DNA of 64,000 nucleotides from contig OZ199840.1 in the NCBI GenBank assembly GCA_964304625.1, positions 3,609,631 through 3,673,630 on the forward strand. The letters are read 5' to 3'. Below are positions 13,845 to 25,542 of the stretch, in pieces. The position numbers and the translations under genes are program-made. Numbering within the stretch: position 1 is the stretch's first letter; every line of letters begins with the position of its first letter. Origin of the DNA: Kudoa neothunni (taxonomy: Eukaryota; Animalia; Cnidaria). The notes below the pieces were generated by a model. The model was not told where the DNA came from. It worked only from the letters and a program-made list of their open reading frames with translations, and searched no databases.

Positions 13845-16648
13845 TAAAAACACCGAAATTAATGTACGATACTTGATTCTAATGTAGCTTAGCTGATCTT
13901 TGTATTCTCGTTATTAAATTTCAATGTTCTCATCAAATCACAATACCAATGAATTTTATAAAATATTATCCTTGTGGGTTTTAGCTTACTGATTTTTTAT
14001 GAATTTTAATTACTATAATTTCTAAATAAAATTTTTTCATATTTTATTTAGTATCATTAAACGCCGAAGATATTCATAATTACACAACTTATAAACATTC
14101 TTGAAATATAAAATTAAAAAATAGACCTTGATTTTCTGTCGTACTATTTTTTGTTTTGTTTATTACATTTTATATCAGAAATTAAGAATTTATTCTATTT
14201 TTATTATTAAAATTTAGAAGACTAATTTTTTAAATGATAAAATTTAATTTTTTAAGTTAATTGAATGTTATATTAAACACACACGTAAGAATTCCTCTAA
14301 TAAAGTAGAAACTTCACATAATCAATTATAAGTTATTTGCCTATTGAAATTAGATGTTTTTCTAAAATATAATGTTGATTTATTATTAAGAAAACTCATC
14401 AATTCTTAGAAAATTAAGAAAATACATTTTGAGAGCACGTGGTTGTCTTTTCGTATTTAAACTATTCACACTTAAATCCCATAAAAACATGTATAGATAA
14501 ATATGATATTGTAAAATTTATGTACGTATGTTAAAAAATATGAAGCATAACCAATTTATGAGTGATTATCAAAACAAATTAAAGAACAATTCAATTTTTT
14601 TAAAAATTCTTAAAATTTTAAAGTTATTATTTTGATATTAATTTTTGCTCTCCGTATTCTTTTACATTGTTATCAAGAATCGTGAAAAAAGAAATGCAAA
14701 ATCGTTTACCGTCATTCAGTCTTTTTAAAAAAAATATAACTGTTACAACATATTTCTAAAGATTTAACTTTTATTTTTTATTTGTGGGGTACAACCAGAG
14801 AATACTTCAATTAAGCCATGAAATAACGATAAAATTTTAACATATTTATTTATTCCACACCAGTATAAGCTCAATAAGCGACGTTATAATGTTATATTTT
14901 TAAATTACCAACGAAAAAAAGTCGGAACATTTTTTATCCCTATCGCGCCATCTAATAATTCGAAATTCTTAGGCTTTCTCGTATTGGAATAGATCAGAAG
15001 CACGTTTAATTCAATTTCGTTCAATTGTACTTCAAATTTTATTCACATCATGCATTTTTGACATATTCTTGCTTATTTATGTACTAATAATATTTTTAAG
15101 ATCATTTTAATCTAAATATGATCATTGAAACATAAAAATTTAGCAGTAAACATCAACTTTGCACTCTATTATTCGAGATCTTTTTGCACATCACTTCTTT
15201 TAAATAACTTAAATTAATTTTTTCATTGAGAAATTAACATATTTATTACTACTGTGTTCTATTCGTCTTGTGTTATACCAAAATAAAGTTTTTAAGGCAA
15301 TTATGACTTTGTTGCTTAATAATAATCATTATACAATTTTCATCGATACCTTAGTTATAAAAATTTAAAATAATTTAATTTCTTTATCTTTATAAAGGAA
15401 ACGATAAATTTTACTGGTATAATCTTTTTTATATATCCGTTCGAAAAGAGATTTTATGCAAAAGATATGAATTTGGGAAATATAAAATCAAAACCCCATA
15501 TACAAGATTTATGGCACTTTGATCATTATACATTAAAATTCAGGAAAAAAATTAAACTAAATGTTTATTTTAATGTTAAATTATTAATATTTAGTCAAAC
15601 AGATTTGACAGAACATATATTCTTAAATATGTACAATATCCACAATAGATTATCTAAAACATCATAAAAATCCACTTTTTAAGATTTCGACGATTACTAT
15701 AATTTATATTTTATATCATAACTAAAATAACAGTGCATGATTTTTTTTGGAAAATATAAATAATATTAAATTTTTTATCTAATTGATAAAAACACACTGA
15801 AAAAATTTATAAACTAAAAAACATATTTTATTATTACAAAAAATAGTTATATTTATATTTTACTGATTAACAAATGAATAAATGGCTTATTTTACAATTG
15901 AAAAATTTCATATCTATATAGAGCACTTAAACTCACTAATCGGTTAAATAATTTTGTGAAAAAATAATTTAAGTGATTTTAAACAGAAAATGTGCTGAAT
16001 ATGCAAAGAATAAGGAATATTTCAGGTTTTTGTAAACAAAAATGTAGATTAGACGCGGGCACGATGTCGCTCGAATATGAATTTATAAATTTTTTGAACT
16101 CTATTTTTTACTTTTAAAATAATGATGTTAACTTTGTTTCTATTTAATTATTTTACGTTATTAGACCATAAAAAATGTTTAAGCTTAATTTCAATAGTTG
16201 CAATTAAAATTGATTTAAATAAAATCAATAACTTCTGGCCCGTATTCTAAATATCATATCACGTTCACGCTTTTTAGAGACTCTACATAACAACCCTACG
16301 GTACGCAGTATCCATGTCCGCGCTCGCAGCACGCCAGATATATCTTCGTGGCGCGTTATCGTGTTTTACATTTAATGATTACATTTCCTTTCCTATATTA
16401 ATGATAACTTCTAGATATTTAGAAAAAGTTTAATATTAAACGCATAAAACAACAAATCTAAAATAAATAGATAAATAATATTCAAAAATATATAGATTTT
16501 CTTAAATAGTCTGTTATTTTATCAATCTTTTACGAACATTGTCTTATTTTCCGGACGGACAAGTTCAATTTTGTTGTATTTTCTAACACATGAATCATGA
16601 GCAAAAATATTTTTTCACTTGGAAAAAATATATTTACTTAATTATACG

Positions 16649-17365
16649 TTATTTACTAACTTTTAAAAAATTGGAAAAGTTTACGACGCGTTTTTGTTGA
16701 TTCTTTAAGACTAAATAACGTTGGTCACTAGAGTGAATGTTTGGCGCATGCGCGAAACAACAATTTCTATCTTTCACTATACAACATGGAGCGTTATATT
16801 TTTTACACACTAATTGTGTATTCCGTTGACATAGTCGACATCTACTTTTCGAATAAACTATTTCAGGGTAGTACCCAACATTGTGAAACCTGATCGATTT
16901 TGACAAATCGGAATTTTTATTCCTTGGGGTGTAATGTGGAATCGATTTGTTCGAGTTATCAATAGAAGGGCGGCCACGCTTCGTTGCTTTAACGGATTTT
17001 TTAAGATGTATCGTATCTTCGGTCAACGATTCAATAAAAGAGAACAAGTCTAATATATCGCTATTAGGGGTACGCTTTTCTTTTGAATTTAAGCGATAAA
17101 TGGGCCAAGCATCGACTATAGCTGTATTCAATCCCCAGAAGAATATCCGCATATAATATTTTCGGATTTTATGATTTAATTTATACAGCTCCATCCATAT
17201 TTTTGTTGTATCCGGCTACAACATCTGGACAAGGAATTGACAATAATTTCTTCAATTTTCGATCAAGCTCTTCACATGGCTGATAGGTTCTAGCGACGAA
17301 TGCATCGAAGATAAAGTAACGATGGAGCCATCAAATCATTGGGTGATGGCAATAACTTTGTTAAC
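16649..17365 (-). pseudogene. piggyBac (PGBD-like) transposase C-terminal fragment
   Basis: Remnant YNKNMDG (YNxxMGGVD motif), KYYMRIFFWGLNTAIVDAW and a C-terminal Cys-rich tail RCRLC..TQLVCKK...C..KDRNC. Upstream part is frameshifted. Confidence 0.8.
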
Positions 17366-17367
17366 AT

Positions 17368-17806
17368 CTTTTATTTTTGTTTACAGGGTAAAACCCCTGG
17401 CGCAACTCATTAGGTTGTAGAATTCTGGCTGGTCAGAACTGTTCCATTAACGCTTTAGGCACCGCAGGATGTAGCATGAAACCCAGCCCATTATCTTTAT
17501 GCGGTAGTGTGGGACTTTCACCCACTAAACATCCTCGTCTCAGGGCGACCACCACACAAACCCTATCCCTTTGAGGACGTTGGCTCTGTGAGGACTGAAA
17601 ATTACTTGCCTTTCGATGGGTTCCGGGGATTTAAACTCCTATTCACGCTCACCACACTCCACAGCGAGCGTACATTTTAACTACAGCCCCCAAAAATAGG
17701 GATTGAGACCCATCGACACGGAAGCAGTAGTCTGACCACCAGTGGATTCGAACCCATTACCTCAAGGTTCTGAGTCCGAGTGGCACACCGATGTGCTATC
17801 TGTCCT
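17368..17806 (-). mobile_element. tRNA-derived SINE (~440 bp)
   Basis: Minus-strand head with an A-box-like TAGCACATCGG (17788-17798) and B-box GGTTCGAATCC (17744-17754). It does not fold into a full cloverleaf. The body is GC-rich and ends in an A-rich tail (AAACAAAAATAAAA). Confidence 0.7.
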
Positions 17807-17849
17807 CATACCAATTCAATTGATTCAATAATCCTTCACGGCTCAAACA

Positions 17850-18655
17850 GTGGCAAAACAAATAGGTAAATAAATGTTATTAATTGTTCTCAACATTCCA
17901 GAGGCAACAATTCGAATCCGGCAATGTGCTTCATGGATCTTCGGATAATTTTATTATTTGGTGATCTTAATTTTTCTCCAATAACTTGATTGTCATTGTT
18001 ATGAATTAAATTTTCAATCCGCGATTTTCTATACATTTGTCGAAGTGTCTTCTAAGACATGAACTATTTTATTGATTTTTGGAATTGTTTCGATGGTTTT
18101 TTTGTGAGTGTGTTGATATTTATTTTGTAGCATTAACAAGTATTCGGATATCCATTTTTTCCATAATGATTCACTATGTTGATTCCTCTTTTTCCAATAT
18201 TGAATTAATTTGTGAGCATTCTCTTGTTCATTTGGATTAAAAAATTCACCATCGTTTATTGTACATAGATAGTCAGATGTAAGTTGAGTTTGTGGATTTA
18301 AATATAGGAAATCAAAAGGTCGTAGAACTTGGTGAACTTCATCACTTGAAATGTAGGTTAAGGGGCGTAGATTAATGATTTGTTTGATTTCAATGATCAA
18401 GGTTTTGAGTTGGTTGATTGATATGTTTTCCGAAGTGAATTTCATCAAAAAGCGTGATTTCACTAGACCTATAAGTCTTTGATAGATTCCTCCCATCCAA
18501 GGAGAATAATCTGTTATAAACTTCCATTAAATTAAATTTGCTTCCGTAAATTCTTCTATTTCGTTTAGTTCTTTATTTTTTAGTGTTCGTTCCATCAATT
18601 TAAATTGTTTCACATTATCCGAAATTATTAATTTTGGACAATAATATTGTCCAAT
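17850..18655 (-). pseudogene. BEL/Pao LTR-retrotransposon integrase C-terminal fragment
   Basis: Motifs IISDN..QF, WKFIT..SPWMGGIYQRLIGLVK, IINLRPLT and LWKKWISEYL are typical of the Pao integrase and its downstream domain. No LTRs seen. Confidence 0.85.
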
Positions 18656-19135
18656 TCTTTAAAATTGTAAATTATGTTAGGCCAAAAATCATTAACTACA
18701 AATGTGAATTTCAAGTTTAAATTGGGTTCTTAGATTTGGAGTTATTCCCTCCCGTAGCAATAGCCACCGCCAAATATTTTAATTGTATGTGGCACGCATC
18801 CAAAGTACGGAAAATCGATTACCTACTGTATAAAGAAGGCAGGTGATAATACAGCAAACACTCGGTATTGCGTAATTCGTTATATTTTATCAAATTTTTT
18901 GATATTTTGTCTTTATAAGGAAATAAATTATAATATATAAAGTTAGAAACCTACTTTAGATGGGATTATATCATAAAAGGTGAACAAAAATTCGAAAAAG
19001 AGGAAAAATTGATGTTCTTGCTAGTGCGTAACTAAAGTCGTTGATTTTAATCGTCATATTTCTTTTCAATTAATATCGAAAGTGACTTTTCCTCAAAGAA
19101 GTATTGAAGATAAAATCAAAATAATTAAACATTAA

Positions 19136-19384
19136 CCCTTAACGGTTAACCATTGGATTCGCGCGTCCACCTCCCTATTATTTTGTTGTAAAACCAGTTA
19201 TAATTTGTGTAATTTCGCCAAACCATTAACTTATTTTATTATGTCGGTCGGTAGATAATGCTTTTTTAAAAATGTAGATGAAATTCTGACGAATATACAC
19301 AAAATATAGCATGCATAACAACAAAATTTATAAACAAAATAATATAAAGATGGGCGCATAGAACTGAAGGTTATCCTTTAAGGG
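19136..19384. mobile_element. piggyBac-type MITE (249 bp)
   Basis: TTAA|CCCTTAACGGTTAACC ... GGTTATCCTTTAAGGG|TTAA; TIR 14/16 identical, with TTAA target duplication. Confidence 0.8.
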
Positions 19385-20281
19385 TTAAATGTAAGGAATA
19401 GTCGCTGGCAACGTTCGGACTCTCGAGCCAAAATTGAAAGACGGTGATGCCATACCGCTCTGCTGCTGATTGCAGATATGTTAACTTTATTTACCATTCT
19501 TATGACCAATCATTACATCAAATATCCAAAAAGGGGAAATCAAAAAATAAACAAATTACAAAAAATATTGTCTTGGTCGCGCATGCACAGGTTACAATAT
19601 TGCGTCATTTCTCGCTATTACGTAACGTTTAGTTGATCCCAAAAAATTACGCGATATCGTGAGTTTATCGTAGATGCAAAAGATACTTGATTATATTAAA
19701 TTTTAATTCTATCAAATATTGTGTTAATATATTGCCACTAAAAACTGCATAGTATTCTCAAATAGATGAACAAGCTAAATATATACAACTCAATCCTATT
19801 GTTAAATTAATTGAAACCATTAAGAGTATATCTTCATTCTAACGACTTATTTAATATGATTAATTTTATGCCTACTATATCAATAGGATCAAATTAAATT
19901 AATCTTTTTGTTGCATTAGCATTGATTCTCTAAATAGAAGAGTGGATTTGGCCGGTTGATGATTATTTACAATTGATCTATTAAGTCTCCTACCCAGCAG
20001 ATCGTAGGGTACGATATTTAGTATTAGGTAAGAAATCTATTTGTATGAAAATGAATAAATACTGTCGATTCTAATAGCATAACTTGAGCTATATTAAATG
20101 TATAGTGTGAAGGCATAATTTCGATCCATTATCTATACTCCGGAAAAATTAATTATGTTTAAGTAATAAGATTTTCTTTGGGTGTTTCTATTGATTGCGA
20201 TCCAAAAGATTGAACTAAAATTTAAAAAAAGTGACCTCATAAAAGCATGTCTCATAATAGGATTTTTACATCGGGAAGAAG

Positions 20282-21648
20282 ATGTTTCGCAGGTTAAGCT
20301 AAATCAATTATTTTAATTTATAGAATTTTAGGATTAACCAAAAGTTATATAATCAGCCATCGAATGAGTTCAACATGGTCAAAGACATTTAAGGTATATA
20401 TATATTACCTGTTGGTGGTGGAATTTATTTTTCCTTACGATGATTTGATTAGGAAAAGGATCTTTCCGTTCATCTTTCAACGTCTACATGTTCCTTAGAT
20501 GATAAAAACATACCAGAATTTGGAACCCAAATGTCGAATCACATGTTTACGGTAGATTTTTGTCAAACAAACGGCTGGCAAAATCCAACTATTAAACCTT
20601 TTGAAAATCTAACATTGCATCCGTGTTCGTCTGGTCTTCACTATGGGATACAAGTATTTGTGGGAATTTTATTTTGGTAGTTGTCAATGGAGAATTATAC
20701 ATCAATTGAATTTCAGGTATTTGAGGGATTTAAAGCTTACAGAACTATTAATGGAAACGTGCAACTGTTTCGACCTATGGATCACATCGAACGATTTATT
20801 GGTTCAGCTGAAAGAATGTGTCTTCCAGTATTTGATCTGTTCAAGTATTTACGGTGATTATTTCGTTAAAGACTTTCGATGAGGAAGAATTTTTAAAATG
20901 TCTTGTTCGATTGATCACCATCGATCAAAAATGGTGTCCTTCCGGTTTCGGTAACTCACTATACATACGTCCGCTCCTGTTTTCAACCGAAGAAACCCTC
21001 GGCGTGAAACTGCCCACTAAAGCAAAACTTATAGTTATCACATGCCCAGTTGGTGGCTATTTTAAAAATGCCGATAAGGGTGGTATTTCTTTGTATACCG
21101 ATCCCAGCTGGGTAAGAAGTTGGCCTGGTGGTGTCGGGTATGTCAAAGCTGGTGGTAATTATGGCCCAACATTACACATGCAAAAACAAGCCGTGGTAAA
21201 CTATGGTTGTGACCAAATACTTTGGTTATTCAACAATGAGATCAACGAATGTGGCACTATGAATATTTTTATTTATTTACAGAACAAACAAGGAGAAAAA
21301 GAATTGGTCACTCCACCACTTGACGGACTTATTCTGCCGGGTGTCACCAGAGATTCGGTTCTCCATTTGACAAGGCAATGGAATGAGATTAAAGTGAGCG
21401 AGCGAGTGATCACATTCGATGAACTCTATGAATCACATATCGATTCTCGATTATTCGAAATTTTTGGTACAGGCACAGCTTGCTGCGTTTCACCAGTCGA
21501 AAAGATTGTGCACAAAGATTTCAATATTAATCTAATGCCACAGACAAATTCTCTCACTATGCGTATCAAAAAAGAAGTTTTTGATATCTATTATGGTGTA
21601 ACAAACTCTGATTGGACCTACATCAAAATCCCCCCTCTAGAACAATGA
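20282..21648 (+). CDS. BCAT: Branched-chain amino acid aminotransferase (class IV PLP), ~389 aa, probable mitochondrial presequence
   Basis: Exons 20282-20292, 20324-20393, 20453-20653, 20717-20827 and 20872-21648 join in frame. Motifs: LHYG, FEGFKAY, LFRP, SLYIRP, RSWPGGVG, VKAGGNY (PLP lysine), ECGTMNIF, ILPGVTRDS, GTGTA. The first micro-exon is less certain than the rest. Confidence 0.93.
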
Positions 21649-21828
21649 CAAATATTTTAACTTATTCTTTGCTTTACGAAAATGATTTATTCTCGTAATG
21701 GTGGTTGATTTATAATCTATTCTTTTTTTAATTATGTATTTCTAACGCAAATTTCTTTTTTTCAACTAGGATCGGGAATATTTTGTATTGAAGTATCATT
21801 TAAAACTTTGTTTTCAAATAGATTAAAC

Positions 21829-24561
21829 GGTGACGAGGGAGTATCCAGCTCCAAAAAATCGGCATTTTCCCGTGTACGCGCATTCCCGATTGTTTTATAT
21901 TTTAATTTAACACATTTTTAAAATATTGAGTGACCACAAATCAGACCCAAACTTTTATTCTAAAGAATTGCAAAAAATCACACTTCGGCAACAATCGGAT
22001 AGCGCGCAATGTAATGCGCATACTTTTTCATAATCCTTTTCAGCCTAATTTGTCATAAATAATTCATGAAATTTATATTTTTAATTTTTTATAATATTAT
22101 CAAATATGTTTTCGCGATTAAAGAATCACACAGGATAGGAGATATTTTGTTTAGTGGTGTTTTGAATTTTCGATAATTATAGATGTAATAGTAACTGTTA
22201 TATTTATATCTCAGGTTAAATTTAAAAATTTATTGTAACGCCAAGAAAGTCCACGTTCAACAAAAGGACAATAACTAAACTATCCGAACGCTAAGGCCGC
22301 CTTACGGCAGCCTATGTATGTTATTCTGATAACATGGATTAACAATAGTTTTTTTGATGGCGGGATTTTCACTTCATCGTCAATTTTATAAACTTTTGTT
22401 TAACGTGAGTGTTCTATTTACTTACCTAGCGAATAAGGGTCTATTACAAAAAATGCCTTCTCGGTGCAAGAATTGCCACAGGTATAACACTCTACGCCTC
22501 CAAGTTACAACGAGAAAAAGAAACAATACTTCAATCGATCTTTGTGACGATGATATTGAGAAATACTCGTATACACGTTCAAAGTACTTTTATTTTATGT
22601 GTAGTTTTTAAAATATTAATTTTAGGAATGATTGTAGAACGCATTTTTCACCCAGGACCTCTACCTTATTTGGCGTCAATAACGCGATGGGGGCGAATGT
22701 ATCCAAATTAGCAGTGTCTCAGCTATTTGAGTTAATATACCTTTGGTGTATTGAAGAGCAAAGATGCACGGTGGTGGCATTAAATCAAATAACCGAGAAA
22801 ATGAGCGGAGAAAATCGAATCGTCGAAATTGACGAATGTTTATTAAGGGGTCACCGTAAAAACAACCGGGGAAGATTTTTAAGAATGGACAGATGGTTGG
22901 CCACCCCTAACTATTTCTTAAGGAGTAGGTTATTCCGTGGAGCGACTCCTTTGAGACGTCAGCGGAGAAATGAGAGGTATGGCTACAGAATAAATGGCCC
23001 TGGGGTTGTTGGCATTTGCGAATGTTCTATCGATGAAGATGGCAAACGCAAATTTTTAGAATCTAGATTTTTTATTGTCTAAAAAAGGGATAAACGAACG
23101 TTGACCCAACTCGTCTTACAGGAAGTTGAAAACGGGACTACAATCTATACTGACGAGTGGTTGGGGTACACCTCTCTCCGAATTTACGGTTATAACCATA
23201 TAACCGTTAATCACTCTAAGGAGTATGTCACTCCAGAGGATTACCATACTAATATGGTCGAGGTTGTGTGGCATCATCTCAAAACAAAACTCATTCTGAA
23301 AATGAGCGGTGTGCCACGAAATCAGCTGGATTCCTACCTACATGAATCATGGTCGCGTTCCATTTATAAAGGATATTGGAATTTCGTCGAATATATTTTA
23401 ACAGCGATCGCTACTATTTAGCAATTAAATAATAGCTAGTGAAACAAAATATTTGTGTTTTGATTCCTTTCATCTTTTATATATTGTTATTTGTCAAAAA
23501 ACTTAAGAAAACTCTAGATTTTACCATATTAGTATTAATTATAAAATTATATTTGCAATAAATATATTTGAGATTTCTCGCGTATTTTCGTTTAATGATA
23601 ATAAATTAAAATATATGTTTATGATTTACCGTTAAGGCTTTTGTTGGGGCTGACAGTTAGTCTTCGGCGTCAAAGATATAATGACACACATTATCTTGGT
23701 CGGTACCTATGTGTATTAATATACAGTTGGCGCTAACTATATAAACACCCTATATTAGCCTCTATATTATTATTGTTATATTTGAACGATGGTTCCTTGC
23801 CCTAACAGCTTTATTAATGAAAAAATAATTTTTCCTTATAAATGAAATTAGATTATGAACTTTTTTAAGAAAAACCAATTTTTAATTTTGGACTCACAAT
23901 TGTTTCTCAGTCTTGGTAATTAGCATGATTATATAATACATTAACTATGAATTATAGTTATCACGGATCGTTCCTCAAAATAGTCAATATATTTGTATAA
24001 ATCAACATTATATATTTTATGTTTGATTTATTTATAAATAGTTAACGAATAATTCATTTTACTGTTTGTAATATCAAGGTTTTCAATTTCTTCAATATGG
24101 TTTGTATGGTATACCGTTATATATTTAATATTAGTACACCAAAAAAATATATGAACTAAAAAATAAATTTTTAAGTAACAATTAAGAGTCTTTAACGTAA
24201 AAAATGAAAAATTTAGGTTTATAAACACAATAAATAACTGGCATATATCCTTTCGGTTCAATTTCATTAATAATTCACAGAACATATTTGATAATATTAT
24301 AAAAATTAAAAATATAAATTTCATGAATTATTTATGACAAATTAGACTGAAAAAGGTTATGAAAAGGTATGCGCATTACAGTGCGCGCTATCCGATTGTT
24401 GCCGAAGTGTGATTTTTTTCAATTCTTTAGAATTAAAATTTTGGTCTGATTTGTGATCACTCAATATTTTAAAAATGCTGTAAATTAAATTATAAAACAA
24501 TCGGGAACGCGCGTGTACGGGAAGATGCCGAATTTTTGGAGCTGGATACTCACCCATTACC
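21829..24561 (+). mobile_element. Merlin (IS1595/ISXO2-like) DNA transposon, full length, 2733 bp
   Basis: About 285-bp TIRs (21829-~22112 and ~24280-24561) beginning GG, a perfect 8-bp TSD GATTAAAC (21821-21828 and 24562-24569), and an internal ISXO2-type transposase. Confidence 0.92.
22354..23421 (+). pseudogene. Merlin/ISXO2 DDE transposase, disrupted
   Basis: N-terminal CxxC, then VEIDEC..RK.NRGR, TIYTDEW.GY, H.TVNHS and HTN.VE..W..LK. In-frame TAA at ~23080 and probable internal deletion. Confidence 0.85.
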
Positions 24562-25542
24562 GATTAAACTCTTAAATTAACCCATTGAAAGAATTAAACT
24601 AATTCTTTTATAATATCTTATTTTAACGATCGTGATTAACGAATCATAAATATAGGAAAAACTACATATCACACGAACACTTTAGGAAATTAATTTTTAT
24701 TGCTAAAATTAATGTCTTTTTATCTAGCACCAACTTCAGTACACTCTTAGTTACAAACAACCGCGCGATCTTTTAATATCAGTAAATAATTTAAATAATT
24801 AAAAAGAATAAAAGTACAAAGTCATTATTAGATTTGATTTCACAATTACGATAGGCTATATCTTTCCTAAGAATTATATAAAATTTTCTTAATGATTTTG
24901 AATGGAGGATTTGTCCATTCAAACCATATTTTAACCAACTCTTATGCATAAAAATCGTACTTTTCTTGAGTTAATAACGGTATTCAGTACAATTAATTCA
25001 AATTATCTATCAAATCATACGATACATACACTTGTTATGAGTCAAGCTAAATGAATCTTGTATAGTCGTTACGAAGAAAGATGCGCTAGAAATAAATATA
25101 GATACATCTATCATATTTTAATTTAAGTGAAACGTGAGTTAAATAGTACAGTTCTCAAAAAATGGTAAGGGTATTCGCGGAGATTCACATTTTAAATTCA
25201 CCGCATAGATTCAATGTAACCAAATGGTTAAGCTTATAAAATTATTTCACATAATAATAAAATCTACGAATTTTATGATACAACTTAGATCTAACGAGAA
25301 TTAACACTCAATGTATAACAATTATTAAAATTGTGAGACAATGCAAGGCATGCAACCAATGGTTTGTGTGCGCAACGTCTAACATGACAAAAATCAAATT
25401 TATTGTAGACAATAAAACTTAATCCACTAACATATTGTGCATAAGCATTTAATAATGTTATTAAACCAAGAAAAGTACGATGTTGATACATGAGAGATAG
25501 TTAAAGTATGATTTTAATGGACAAATCCTCCATTTAAAATTA

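Noticed and set aside
17730-17806. Possible tRNA gene on the minus strand
   Set aside because: A and B boxes are present, but the acceptor and anticodon stems do not pair and the sequence runs on into a 360-bp body. Treated as a SINE head.
19590-19680. Weak similarity to 50565-50650 (ATATTGCGT..AAAAA.TACGC.ATATCG)
   Set aside because: Too short and degenerate to define an element by eye.
22354-23421. Bacterial IS1595 insertion sequence or contamination
   Set aside because: Long TIRs, a probable intron and intron-containing animal genes on both sides indicate a eukaryotic Merlin.
24028-24557. Minus-strand ORFs of 98 and 66 aa
   Set aside because: They lie in the Merlin right TIR and AT-rich subterminal DNA; spurious.
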